Positions 45,846 through 54,833 of a stretch of DNA of 55,854 nucleotides are shown here, piece after piece; position 1 is the first letter of the stretch, and each line of letters starts with the position of its first letter. A program made the translations under genes and the position numbers. The notes below the pieces were generated by a model. The model saw nothing but the letters and a program-made list of their open reading frames with translations, was not told the DNA's origin and did not search any database. The stretch is from Acidobacteriaceae bacterium (lineage in GTDB: Bacteria > Acidobacteriota > Terriglobia > Bryobacterales > Bryobacteraceae), in contig JAFAMM010000480.1 in the NCBI GenBank assembly GCA_019233375.1, positions 1 to 55,854 of the forward strand. Reading direction: 5' to 3'.

Positions 45846-46817
45846 CTAATTTAGGAGTCCGCCATGTCCCAGACAGGCGATTTCCCAACCGGAAATACGG
45901 TACTTGGCGAGCATGGGAGGCAGAACCAGATCGAGAACGTTCGGCTTTGCTGAGCGGAAACAGCAGGGGGCGGAAACGATCGGGGTGTCATCCTTATACG
46001 TCAGCATCATGAGGTTGCCCGGCTCGACAGGCGCGAGAAAGCGCTCTACATTTGCGCCTACGCGTGCGAGCGCGCGGCCGACAACATCTTCGGGACCAGC
46101 GGGCGCGGTTGTCGAGGCAATGAGAATGGCCGCGGGCTTGGTGCGCAGCAGGTGCTGCACCGACCGGGCAACGCTTTCCTCATCCTCAATCGCCGAGAGC
46201 GCATAGCGGAGATTTCCCCCAAACCGCTCGATACGGGTCCTTACCACGCTTTCAAAAAGAGTGCGCGCGCGCTCTCCGTGGACGGGATCGGTGTAGAGAA
46301 CACCGACGCCGGCGTCTGCAATGGGACGCGCTTGCAGAATGGCCCCGCGCTCGTTCAGAATTGACAGGATCGTCTCGAGCTGCGTTTGAGCAACCGCGAA
46401 CGGCGCGCTCTTAATCGTCGCGACCCGCTCTCCGGCTTTTGTGTAGCGGTAGTTCGGGACCGTTGCGATCACGATGCTGCTGGTGCAGTTGATCTGGCGC
46501 AACAGGTCGTCATCTACGAGAACGCAGCAGTCAGACGTTGCAACCAGGTTGGCACGCCCTCCGGCCGCTAATCGGATTTCAACGCAGCCGCAGCACATGG
46601 CTTCCGCCACAGACATGACAGCCTCGTCTTCGCCGACCTCTCCTTCCTCGAGCTCTGTCACCCAAACTTGCTGCATTCCTTCTCCCTGCAGCAGTCGGAT
46701 ATCTTCATCGCTCAGGACATGTCCTTTGGCGAGCAATTTTCTGCCGCCGGGACGAAAAATCGTGCAACAAAGGACCCGGCCTGCGGATTCCTGTAAGTCT
46801 ACGGTAAGAGCACGCAC
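45846..46817 (-). CDS. molybdopterin-binding (MoCF-biosynthesis/MoeA-like) domain protein, function unknown
   Basis: This 323-aa protein has a MoeA-like N-terminal region (ESAGRVLCCTIF...KGHVLSDEDIRLL). Its C-terminal region ends in a PGN-type loop (LAPVEPGNLMMLTYKDDTPIVSAPCC). The start is GTG with GGAGG 12 nt upstream. The family call is tentative. Confidence 0.45.
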   Translation of the reverse strand: MRALTVDLQESAGRVLCCTIFRPGGRKLLAKGHVLSDEDIRLLQGEGMQQVWVTELEEGEVGEDEAVMSVAEAMCCGCVEIRLAAGGRANLVATSDCCVLVDDDLLRQINCTSSIVIATVPNYRYTKAGERVATIKSAPFAVAQTQLETILSILNERGAILQARPIADAGVGVLYTDPVHGERARTLFESVVRTRIERFGGNLRYALSAIEDEESVARSVQHLLRTKPAAILIASTTAPAGPEDVVGRALARVGANVERFLAPVEPGNLMMLTYKDDTPIVSAPCCFRSAKPNVLDLVLPPMLAKYRISGWEIACLGHGGLLN

Positions 46818-46898
46818 CTTTTTATAAAACCTCCGGAATATTTTCCAGTACTAAGGGTTTGTGAACTCATTATAGTACTATTAGCCACAAAGGCTAGT

Positions 46899-46924
46899 AA
46901 AAAATACTTATAGAGGTATTTTTT
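46899..46924. repeat. perfect 9-bp inverted repeat (AAAAAATAC-8 nt-GTATTTTTT) inside an AT-rich intergenic region
   Basis: I read it directly: aaaaaatac ttatagag gtatttttt. It lies between the GNAT gene stop (46977) and the MoCF-like gene start (46817), both on the minus strand. It could be a weak A/T-stem terminator or an operator. Confidence 0.4.
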
Positions 46925-46976
46925 TCTGTGGGTTTGCAAACATCAATGAACAGATAAGTCGTTTGTATTACTTCTA

Positions 46977-47543
46977 TTAGCGAAAGGTGGTCGCTTTCGC
47001 CGGAAGCGGGAGCTGAATGAGTTCATCGAAATCCACGCCGTTATAGTACTGCACTGGGGCATGCCAGAGTTGCGGACGCAGCCTTTTCAGTACCGCTATT
47101 TCATCACAGCACTGGAATTTCGGACAGCGTAAACAGTCTTTCCAGGCTTTCAGCGGGAGTTCTCCGCGCTCCACTTCGTGAAAGCCCAGCCGTTCAAAGA
47201 AGCGCGGAACGTAAGTGAAGGCGAAAATCGCCTCCAACTCATTTTCGTTCGCCTCGGCCGCAAGACTCTCGACAACCGCGCGGCCGATACCGTGCTCAGT
47301 CACCTCCGGAAGAACGGCCAGAGACCGGACCTCCGCCGTAGTTGGCGTGTAGAAGTGCAGCGCGCCGCAGCCGAGCAGCACGTCGCCGTCATACGCAACG
47401 GAGAAATCGCGAATGTTCTCCGACATTTCAAATTCCGTGCGGGGCAGCATCATGCCTTTGGCCGCATAGGAATTGATTAGCGACAGAATCTTCGGGATGT
47501 CGCGCATGGTTGCTTTGTTTACTGAAACTGCCGTCTGAGTCAT
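46977..47543 (-). CDS. GNAT N-acetyltransferase, short ArgA-like (putative N-acetylglutamate synthase)
   Basis: The GNAT core is VRSLAVLPEVTEHGIGRAVVESL. The C-terminal motif is LKAWKDCLRCPKFQCCDEIAV. The ATG at 47543 overlaps the argB TGA. The upstream part of the 286-aa track ORF is out-of-frame overlap with argB. Confidence 0.65.
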   Translation of the reverse strand: MTQTAVSVNKATMRDIPKILSLINSYAAKGMMLPRTEFEMSENIRDFSVAYDGDVLLGCGALHFYTPTTAEVRSLAVLPEVTEHGIGRAVVESLAAEANENELEAIFAFTYVPRFFERLGFHEVERGELPLKAWKDCLRCPKFQCCDEIAVLKRLRPQLWHAPVQYYNGVDFDELIQLPLPAKATTFR

Positions 47544-48337
47544 GATCCTGAAACCTCCGCCGCAGCGTTGCCCGCGCTGATGCAGGTGCCCGCCGGCTCT
47601 CCTTCGAGCAGCCGGAGGCAGATATCGGCCTGATGTCCTCCCGCAATGATTGCTTCGGGCAGGCCGGCGGCGAGGGCTGCTGCCGCAGCCTCCAATTTGG
47701 CCTGCATGCCGCCGTGCGCCACGCCCGAATGGATCAGATCGCGCAAGCCGGCGCACGTCAACTGAGGCACGAGGTGCCCGTGCGCATCTTTCACACCCTC
47801 CACATCGGTTAGAAAAATGAGCCGCTCGGCCCGCCATCCGATGGCGCAGGACGCGGCCATCTGGTCGGCATTGACGTTGTAGATGTTACCCTCGCGGTCG
47901 CCCGCCAGACAGGCCACGACCGGCAAATAGCCGGCTGCCAGCAGGACGTCGAGGATCCGTCCGTCGCTGGTGAGCGGTTTCCCGACCCAACCTAAGACAG
48001 GATCCAATTGAGCAGTGAGGGTAAGTGAGCCATCAACTCCCGAGAGGCCGACAGCGGGCGTCCCGGCACGAATGATAGCCGAAACGACGTGCTTATTTAC
48101 GCTACCGGCGATGACCTTCGTTACCGCATCTACCACGCCTTCATCGGATACGCGCAAACCGCGGACGAACCGGCTGGCGATGCCCCGCGCTTCGAGAAAT
48201 CCGGTAAGTTGCTTGCCGCCGCCGTGTACGGCGACGACGTGATGCCTACGGCCGATCTCGCATAACTGCGCGGCAATCGACTGGCGGCTCGCCTCATTGT
48301 CGACCAGAGTGCCGCCGATCTTGATCAGGATCTTCAA
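47540..48337 (-). CDS. argB: acetylglutamate kinase
   Basis: The sequences KILIKIGGTLVDN, VVAVHGGGKQ and NVNADQMAA are typical of ArgB. The TTG start overlaps the argC TGA. Confidence 0.9.
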   Translation of the reverse strand: MKILIKIGGTLVDNEASRQSIAAQLCEIGRRHHVVAVHGGGKQLTGFLEARGIASRFVRGLRVSDEGVVDAVTKVIAGSVNKHVVSAIIRAGTPAVGLSGVDGSLTLTAQLDPVLGWVGKPLTSDGRILDVLLAAGYLPVVACLAGDREGNIYNVNADQMAASCAIGWRAERLIFLTDVEGVKDAHGHLVPQLTCAGLRDLIHSGVAHGGMQAKLEAAAAALAAGLPEAIIAGGHQADICLRLLEGEPAGTCISAGNAAAEVSGS

Positions 48338-49356
48338 AGCAGGCCCTCCGTCTCGGGTAGGCCGAGCAGCAGGTTCATGTTCTGCACCGCCTGACCGGCC
48401 GCGCCTTTGACCAGGTTGTCCTGGGTCACGATGATGGTCGCCCGCTGCGTCTCGGCGTCAAAAACGAAGCCGATATCGCAAAAATTCGTGTGCTGAACAG
48501 CGTGAAGATCCGGCACTTTGCCAGGCGCATAGAGGCGAATAAACGGCTCCCCGGCGTAGCACTCCTCGTATATAGAGAGCAGGTCCACCGGTTTTTCCAC
48601 GCGCTGAGTGCGGACGTAAATTGTTTCCAGAATGCCCCGGTTAATCGGCAGCAGGTGCGCTGTAAAAGTAAATTCGCGCTCGCCGAGACCGGAATGCTGC
48701 AATACCTCCGGCACGTGGCGGTGTTCCATAATTCCGTACGCGCTGAAATTTTCCGCCACCTCACAGAAACTGGTTTTGAGCGATGCCTTGCGTCCAGCGC
48801 CGCTGGTTCCGGATTTGGCGTCACAGATGACCCCGCGTGAGCGGTCAATCACCTGCGCGGTCAGCAATGGACGAAGCGCGAGGTTCGCCGCTGTCGGATA
48901 ACAGCCCGGATTTGCAATCAGAGATGCGTTGCGAATCTCGTCACGATAAAACTCAGGCAGTCCGTAAACCGCGCGCTCCAACAACCGCGGTGCGGTGTGC
49001 CGCTCTTTATACCAGCGCGAATACGCTTCGCCGTCGCGCAGCCGGAACGCGCCGCTGAGGTCGATGACCTTCGTTCCGGCATCAAGGAAAGCGGGCGCGA
49101 GTTCGATTGAACTTTCGGCCGGCGTAGCAAGAAACACCAGGGCCAGACCCTCGCGCCGGACGGCTTCGGCGGTGGCGGGGATGGTTTTAGGCGGCCGGTG
49201 ACCAAGCGGCGCGGCGCGTTGCTCGGCATCGGGCCGGTGCTCCAGCAGGGTCACTTCGACTGCGGGATGGCGGGAGAGAATCGCAACCAGCTCTGCGCCG
49301 CTGTAACCCCGGAATCCAACGACACCCACGCGCTGCCGGGATGAGTAATTATTCAC
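48334..49356 (-). CDS. argC: N-acetyl-gamma-glutamyl-phosphate reductase
   Basis: The protein has a VGVVGFRGYSGAEL NAD site and an active-site NPGCYPTA motif, in 340 aa. Confidence 0.9.
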   Translation of the reverse strand: MNNYSSRQRVGVVGFRGYSGAELVAILSRHPAVEVTLLEHRPDAEQRAAPLGHRPPKTIPATAEAVRREGLALVFLATPAESSIELAPAFLDAGTKVIDLSGAFRLRDGEAYSRWYKERHTAPRLLERAVYGLPEFYRDEIRNASLIANPGCYPTAANLALRPLLTAQVIDRSRGVICDAKSGTSGAGRKASLKTSFCEVAENFSAYGIMEHRHVPEVLQHSGLGEREFTFTAHLLPINRGILETIYVRTQRVEKPVDLLSIYEECYAGEPFIRLYAPGKVPDLHAVQHTNFCDIGFVFDAETQRATIIVTQDNLVKGAAGQAVQNMNLLLGLPETEGLL

Positions 49357-49373
49357 GACAATGAATAATTATA

Positions 49374-49835
49374 CTACAGTTGCTCGGTGGTTGACCGGGC
49401 CGCGAGATCACCAATGACCGGTAGCCGTACCTGCTGTTGGTTGGCCGCCTTGACTAGCAGGTAAACCCAACAAAGGAAAAGAACGAACTTGAGCAGGATA
49501 AGCATCCCGTGTTCCACGCCCGAGTGGGGAACGCCGTACAGCAGAGCCGGGAGAGCGGAAGAGACAATCAGCCAGGTCACAAAAAGATAGACAGACTGGA
49601 AGGCGTTGAATCGAACACGCACGTTGGTGCGGAATTTGTGTGAAGCCAGGAAAACGATGGCCGGAATAACGCCCAGGATGGGGACGTAGCACAGCATGCA
49701 TGCAGTGCGGTCGCTCACGTTATCCAGCAGGTCGGTCGCCGGTGGTACAGCCGCTCTTGGCTGCGGTTTCCCGCAATTACCGCAAAACGAGGCGGTGGTA
49801 TCCACCTTAGCTCCGCAATTTGTACAGAAGGGCAA
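49374..49835 (-). CDS. zinc-ribbon plus DUF4870-like membrane protein
   Basis: The N-terminus is CTNCGAKVDTTASFCGNCG. It is followed by CYVPILGVIPAIVFLASHKFRTNVRVRFNAFQSVYL and three TM segments. Confidence 0.6.
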   Translation of the reverse strand: MPFCTNCGAKVDTTASFCGNCGKPQPRAAVPPATDLLDNVSDRTACMLCYVPILGVIPAIVFLASHKFRTNVRVRFNAFQSVYLFVTWLIVSSALPALLYGVPHSGVEHGMLILLKFVLFLCWVYLLVKAANQQQVRLPVIGDLAARSTTEQL

Positions 49836-49928
49836 CGAACCAGTCTCCCACCATTCCTTTATCTAATCGAAAGTACGATATTTTCCGGATCAGAGTTCCC
49901 GGGCCGCTGCTCTGATAGGATCTGTGCC

Positions 49929-50945
49929 ATGCGGGCGCTGTTGGTGGCATTGAGCGCGCTGGCTTGCACCGTTGCGATGCAGGCGGCTGAGAAGCAGCTG
50001 GAGATCTTTTTCATCGACGTCGAAGGCGGGCAAGCAACGCTGTTTGTGGCGCCGGGCGGACACAGCCTGTTGATTGATACGGGCTGGGGCTATAACGCTT
50101 ACCGCGATGCAAACCGCATCGCCGCTGCCGCGAAACTCGCCAAGATTAAAAAAATCGATTACGTGCTGATCACGCACTATCACACCGACCATGTGGGAGG
50201 AGTGCCGCAACTGATCGAGAAGATTCCGGTGGGCACGTTTATCGATCACGGGCCGAACCGGGAAAGTTCAAAAACGACCGAGACGCTCTACTCCGAATAC
50301 CAAGCGGCGACGAGCAGCGCCAACCATATCCTCGCCAAGCCCGGTGAACAACTGCCGGTTAAGGGAATGGATGTCACGGTTGTCAGTGCAGACGGCAACG
50401 TTCTCGATCATTCTTTACCAGGAGGGGGACAGGCGAATTCGTTTTGTACGGATGTCCAGCAAAAGGCCTCGGACCCGAGCGAAAATGCGCGCTCGGTGGG
50501 TGTCGTCATCACGTTTGGCAGCCTCAAGATTGTGGATCTCGGCGACCTCACCTGGAACAAGGAACTCGAGCTGGTCTGCCCGAACAATAAGCTCGGCCGT
50601 GCCGACATTTTTGTCGTCTCGCACCATGGATTCGATGAGAGCAACAGCCCCGCGCTGGTTCATGCGCTGCAGCCGCGCGTCGCCATCATGGACAACGGAA
50701 ACAAGAAAGGCGCTTCGCCGGCCGCCTGGGATATCGTCAAATCCTCACCGGGGCTGCAGGGTTTGTGGCAATTGCATTTTGCCGATGCGGGCGGCAGCGA
50801 ACACAATGCCGAGGATCCCTTCATCGCAAACGTAACCGAGGCGGATACCGGCTACTACTTGAAGGTGACGGCTGATCCTGATGGCAGTTTCAGGGTCTAT
50901 AATGCTCGCAACAAGCTCTCAAAGGAGTATCCGGCGACGCGTTGA
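49929..50945 (+). CDS. secreted MBL-fold metallo-hydrolase
   Basis: The protein has a signal peptide (LLVALSALACTVAMQAA) and the metallo-beta-lactamase motif ITHYHTDHVGG. Later VVSHHG is present. Confidence 0.75.
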   Translation: MRALLVALSALACTVAMQAAEKQLEIFFIDVEGGQATLFVAPGGHSLLIDTGWGYNAYRDANRIAAAAKLAKIKKIDYVLITHYHTDHVGGVPQLIEKIPVGTFIDHGPNRESSKTTETLYSEYQAATSSANHILAKPGEQLPVKGMDVTVVSADGNVLDHSLPGGGQANSFCTDVQQKASDPSENARSVGVVITFGSLKIVDLGDLTWNKELELVCPNNKLGRADIFVVSHHGFDESNSPALVHALQPRVAIMDNGNKKGASPAAWDIVKSSPGLQGLWQLHFADAGGSEHNAEDPFIANVTEADTGYYLKVTADPDGSFRVYNARNKLSKEYPATR

Positions 50946-50951
50946 AACACC

Positions 50952-52076
50952 TCAGCCGAAGAAGTCGCGCACTTTTTCGAAGACGCTTTTCTCGTGCGGC
51001 AGATTATCGGCGGGCAGCACCTGGCGCAACTCCTCAAACAGCCGACGCTGTTCGCGAGTCAGTTTCTTCGGGACCTGAACATCCACATGCACAAAGAGAT
51101 CACCGCGCGCCCGGCTGTTCAGGTGCGGGACACCGAGATTGCGCAACCGGAATTGCGCACCGGACTGCGTTCCTTCGGAGATCTTGATCTTCTGCGGTCC
51201 ATCAAACGTCTCGATCTCGATCTCCGCGCCGAGCGCCGCCTGTGCCACGTTCACGGGCAGCGTACAGTGCAGATCATTGTCGCGGCGTTCAAAGATGGTG
51301 TGTTCGGCGACCTTAATGACAACGTAGAGATCGCCAGGCTGGGCGCCGGGAGCGCCCGGGTTGCCTTCCCCTGACAAGCGCAGGCGGGTGCCGTTATCCA
51401 CGCCGGCGGGAATATTGACTTTCAGTTTCTTCTCGACGCGATGAAAGCCCTCACCGCGGCACTGCGTACAGGCTTGGCGAATGACCTTGCCGCGCCCTCC
51501 GCAGGTGGGGCAGGTTTTCCGGATGGAAAGAAAGCTCTGCTGATAGAGGACTTCGCCGCGGCCACCGCACACCGAACAGGTGACCAGGCCGCCGTGCGGC
51601 TCGCCACCCGTACCCTGGCATTTGCTGCATGCCTCCATACGGGGGATCTGCAGATCGGCGGACAAACCGCGCATCGAATCTTCAAAACTGATTTCGAGGT
51701 CGTAGCGGAGATCCTCGCCGCGCTGAGGTCCGCGCGACCGGCCGCCGCGGCGCTGGCCAAAGATATCTCCGAGGCCGAACAGGTCACCGAGAATGTCACC
51801 GAAATCGGCAAACGCGCTTTCGTCGAAACCTCCCGCGCCATTGCTGCTCACACCCTGATGCCCGAACCGGTCATAGGCCGCTCGCTTCTGCGGATCGCTC
51901 AATATCGCATAGGCTTCGGCCGCCTCTTTGAAGCGTTCTTCAGCCTCGTGGTTGCCCGGGTTCCGGTCAGGATGGTACTGCAGAGCCAGTTTGCGGTAGG
52001 CGCTCTTCAATGCCTGGTCATCGCAATCTCGCGTGACGCTCAGAACTTCGTAATAGTCTCTCTTAGCAACACTCAT
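50952..52076 (-). CDS. dnaJ: molecular chaperone DnaJ
   Basis: The J domain is KRDYYEVLSV...YHPDRNPG. A Gly-rich linker follows, then four CxxCxGxG zinc motifs (CSKCQGTG, CSVCGGRG, CPTCGGRG, CTQCRGEG). Confidence 0.95.
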   Translation of the reverse strand: MSVAKRDYYEVLSVTRDCDDQALKSAYRKLALQYHPDRNPGNHEAEERFKEAAEAYAILSDPQKRAAYDRFGHQGVSSNGAGGFDESAFADFGDILGDLFGLGDIFGQRRGGRSRGPQRGEDLRYDLEISFEDSMRGLSADLQIPRMEACSKCQGTGGEPHGGLVTCSVCGGRGEVLYQQSFLSIRKTCPTCGGRGKVIRQACTQCRGEGFHRVEKKLKVNIPAGVDNGTRLRLSGEGNPGAPGAQPGDLYVVIKVAEHTIFERRDNDLHCTLPVNVAQAALGAEIEIETFDGPQKIKISEGTQSGAQFRLRNLGVPHLNSRARGDLFVHVDVQVPKKLTREQRRLFEELRQVLPADNLPHEKSVFEKVRDFFG

Positions 52077-52109
52077 TCGAACCTTGCAGATTGTCCTGTC
52101 ATCGCGCCG

Positions 52110-52658
52110 TTACGCATTCACTGCAACTTTGACCATGGCGGGGCGCAAAAGCCTGCCCTTGAAGTAATAACCGGGCTGATACTCCTCAAGGATCGTCTGG
52201 TCCGGATGGTCTTGTGTCTCCACCATTTCGACGGCGTGGTGGATATGCGGATTAAAAAGCGGCACCTCATCAGAAATCTGTTCCAGGCCGAGCTTTCGCA
52301 GAGCTTCGAACAGACGCTGGTAGATCATTTCCATGCCGCGCGCGTACTCTTTATCGGCGCTTTCTACTTTCAAAGCACGTTCAAAATCGTCCAGAACAGG
52401 CAACAAGGCCTTAATCGTGTCCATGGACGCAAATTCAAGCAGCTCGCTCCGCTCCCGCTCGATACGGCGGCGGTAGTTGTCGAACTCGGCCTGGCGCCGC
52501 TGTAGAAGATCTTGCAGTTCGGCCTTTTCTTTGGCAATACGGTCTCGGTCAGCAGTAATTTCGGCTACAGAATCGCGCCCATCCGGCGCGGGTGCAGCGC
52601 TATCGGCGCTCATCGCCTCTTCGGTCGCGACAGAATGATTGTTGTTTTCGGAATCCAT
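52110..52658 (-). CDS. grpE: nucleotide exchange factor GrpE
   Basis: This 182-aa protein has the coiled-coil region LQDLLQRRQAEFDNYRRR. Its C-terminal beta domain is FNPHIHHAVEMVE...GYYFKGRLLRPAMVKV. Confidence 0.92.
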   Translation of the reverse strand: MDSENNNHSVATEEAMSADSAAPAPDGRDSVAEITADRDRIAKEKAELQDLLQRRQAEFDNYRRRIERERSELLEFASMDTIKALLPVLDDFERALKVESADKEYARGMEMIYQRLFEALRKLGLEQISDEVPLFNPHIHHAVEMVETQDHPDQTILEEYQPGYYFKGRLLRPAMVKVAVNA

Positions 52659-52766
52659 TGAAACACCAAGGGGGATCGAGAGAGCCGACGCCCCCTCAAA
52701 AATTCAGCGTAACAAAGAATGGGACTTTTCGAAACGTCACCGCGTAAGCGGTTGAAACACCTTGGG

Positions 52767-53846
52767 TTAAGCGCGTGAGCGGGCAGCCGCCGGTTTGCCC
52801 GCATCGATCGGCGTCGGAATGGCAGCGGCCGCTTCCGGCGTCTCCGCCGATTTTATCAATCCGAGTGATTTTCGCAGCTCCGCTTCGATCCGGGCTCGAA
52901 TATCAGGATTGTCTTTTAAGAACTGCCGGACGTTCTCGCGTCCCTGCCCGATGCGCTCGCCTTTGTAACTGAACCAGGAGCCGCTCTTTTCGACGACGTT
53001 CTGGGCGACACCGAGGTCGAGCAGGTCGCCTTCGCGTGAAACGCCTTCGCCGTAGATAATGTCGAACTCGGCCTCACGGAAAGGCGGCGCCACTTTGTTC
53101 TTGACCACCTTCACCTTGGTACGGTTGCCGGTTACTGTTTCGCCGTCCTTGATCGCCGCAATGCGCCGGATATCGACGCGCACAGACGAATAAAACTTCA
53201 GCGCGCGGCCGCCGGTGGTCGTCTCCGGATTGCCGAACATGACCCCGATCTTCTCGCGAATCTGGTTGATGAAGATCAGGCAGGTATTGGATTTCGCGAC
53301 AATGCCGGTTAGCTTTCGCATGGCCTGCGACATCAGGCGCGCCTGCACGCCCATATGCGAATCGCCCATTTCGCCGTCCAGTTCGGCTTTAGGAACAAGC
53401 GCGGCGACAGAATCGACGACCAGGACGTCAATAGAGCCTGAGGTGATCAGGGCGCTGGTGATTTCAAGCGCCTGTTCGGCGAAGTCGGGCTGCGACACCA
53501 GGAGGTTATCGACATCCACGCCGAGTTGCTTGGCATAGACGGGGTCGAGCGCATGCTCGACGTCGATGAAGGCCGCCATGCCGCCTTGCTTCTGCGCTTC
53601 GGCGACGACCTGTAGAGCGATAGTCGTTTTGCCGGAAGACTCCGGACCGAAGATTTCGCAGATGCGCCCGCGCGGAAATCCGCCGACACCGAGCGCGTAA
53701 TCGACCGAGATAGACCCGGTGGAAATGGCGGAAACAGGAACGATGGCTTCCTTTGCGCCGAGGCGCAGGATGGATCCCTTTCCGAACTGTTTTTCGATCT
53801 GGCCCAGGGTGAGGGTCAGGGTGCGGTTGCGCTCTTTTTCGTCCAT
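52767..53846 (-). CDS. recA: recombinase RecA
   Basis: The motifs [15 protein letters not shown] and Walker [10 protein letters not shown] are present, along with typical L1/L2 regions, in 359 aa. Confidence 0.96.
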   Translation of the reverse strand: MDEKERNRTLTLTLGQIEKQFGKGSILRLGAKEAIVPVSAISTGSISVDYALGVGGFPRGRICEIFGPESSGKTTIALQVVAEAQKQGGMAAFIDVEHALDPVYAKQLGVDVDNLLVSQPDFAEQALEITSALITSGSIDVLVVDSVAALVPKAELDGEMGDSHMGVQARLMSQAMRKLTGIVAKSNTCLIFINQIREKIGVMFGNPETTTGGRALKFYSSVRVDIRRIAAIKDGETVTGNRTKVKVVKNKVAPPFREAEFDIIYGEGVSREGDLLDLGVAQNVVEKSGSWFSYKGERIGQGRENVRQFLKDNPDIRARIEAELRKSLGLIKSAETPEAAAAIPTPIDAGKPAAARSRA

Positions 53847-53934
53847 GCGATTCCTTCTGAAAAGCTCGGTTGGGGGAGTCTTTCCAGTATAGCTTTAAAC
53901 AAAACGGGAGAGAGTTGTTTTTGCCGAGCGCGGG

Positions 53935-54177
53935 CTAACGATCGTTGCGCCGGTCCATGAGCTTCGCGATTTCCAAGTCCAAAGCGGCGAACTTGCTGTT
54001 GACGACGTCTTTGAAGGTATGGAATTCAGCTTTCATATCCCGGAAGTCTTCTCGCAAATCGTCTATCCGTCGACCAAGCTGGTTTGAACTAATGTACATT
54101 CCAGCGATGCCGACGATTACGGCTCCGCTCGTGCTGATGATCGTGTTGAGCGTTGCGCTGTCCACTATTGACTCCAT
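53935..54177 (-). CDS. small TM plus coiled-coil hypothetical protein
   Basis: This 80-aa protein has one N-terminal TM segment (IISTSGAVIVGIAGMYI) followed by a charged helical tail. Two hand-counted lines gave about 46% G+C. The ORF starts 19 nt below the decayed comM 3' copy. Confidence 0.4.
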   Translation of the reverse strand: MESIVDSATLNTIISTSGAVIVGIAGMYISSNQLGRRIDDLREDFRDMKAEFHTFKDVVNSKFAALDLEIAKLMDRRNDR

Positions 54178-54196
54178 TATCCCGAATGATAAGGGG

Positions 54197-54290
54197 TCAG
54201 TTCCAGTAATTGCTGCACGGCCTCTGCCAGATGCTTTGCTGAGACGCGGCCGACTTGTCGAGATCAGCGACCGTGCGCGCTACGCGCAGA
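54197..54290 (-). repeat. decayed duplicate of the comM/yifB-like 3' end (copy A)
   Basis: I aligned it by eye to 54834-54945. The first 15 nt (tcagttccagtaatt) are identical. Blocks of 9, 16 and 36 nt are also identical. It differs by a net 17-nt deletion and a 1-nt deletion that break the reading frame. Confidence 0.85.
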
Positions 54291-54309
54291 TCGTTTTAGC
54301 TACTTATAT

Positions 54310-54735
54310 CTAACGGATTCTTGTCCAGTACGTGACATCGGACCACGTTTTGCCGTCTGGACCGACGCCAGAACTATACATCACAAACGTTTTGCCATCT
54401 GGCAAGAGGGCGGCCACGCTTCGTGTCGTTTCTTTTCCGCTCTGCTTGTCGATGAATCGCGTGTCAGCGAGATATGGATTGCCAGTTGGCTCGCTCTTCA
54501 CGCTGAATTTGTCGTCACCTTGACTGCTGATGGCGGATTTCTTCCCGGACGTATCCGTGGACGTGTAGGTCCAAGCCTCGTCTGCTATGGTTAGCGTTGC
54601 CTCAGCGGGGTGCGCTGTGGAGTCGGAGTAGATACTCCGGGCTGCGTCAAGCTTCCATGTTCCAACAAATTTGTTTGGTTCTGCTGCGTACACGAACGAA
54701 ATTGCAAGCAACGGGATCATAACCAGCTTTTTCAT
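54310..54735 (-). CDS. secreted lipocalin-like domain protein
   Basis: The ATG at 54735 is preceded by GGAGG. The signal peptide is MKKLVMIPLLAISFVYA. The GTWKLD motif is typical of the lipocalin_5-type domain. The gene sits exactly between the two comM 3' copies. Confidence 0.6.
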   Translation of the reverse strand: MKKLVMIPLLAISFVYAAEPNKFVGTWKLDAARSIYSDSTAHPAEATLTIADEAWTYTSTDTSGKKSAISSQGDDKFSVKSEPTGNPYLADTRFIDKQSGKETTRSVAALLPDGKTFVMYSSGVGPDGKTWSDVTYWTRIR

Positions 54736-54833
54736 CGGGACCTCCTGTTCCGCAGTCCCGACCCATATAGATCCGGAACTTGGGCGGCTATTATACCAGC
54801 TTCGCGAGGTCAATTAGAGCCGGGTTGCAGCAC

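Noticed and set aside
51441-52505. 354-aa plus-strand ORF spanning dnaJ and grpE
   Set aside because: It is antisense to two unmistakable chaperone genes and crosses their intergenic gap, so it is not a real gene.
52659-52766. CIRCE element or sigma32 promoter upstream of grpE
   Set aside because: There is no TTAGCACTC-N9-GAGTGCTAA-like inverted repeat. There is no CTTGAAA...CCCCAT pair with proper spacing. Only a weak 6-bp hairpin is present.
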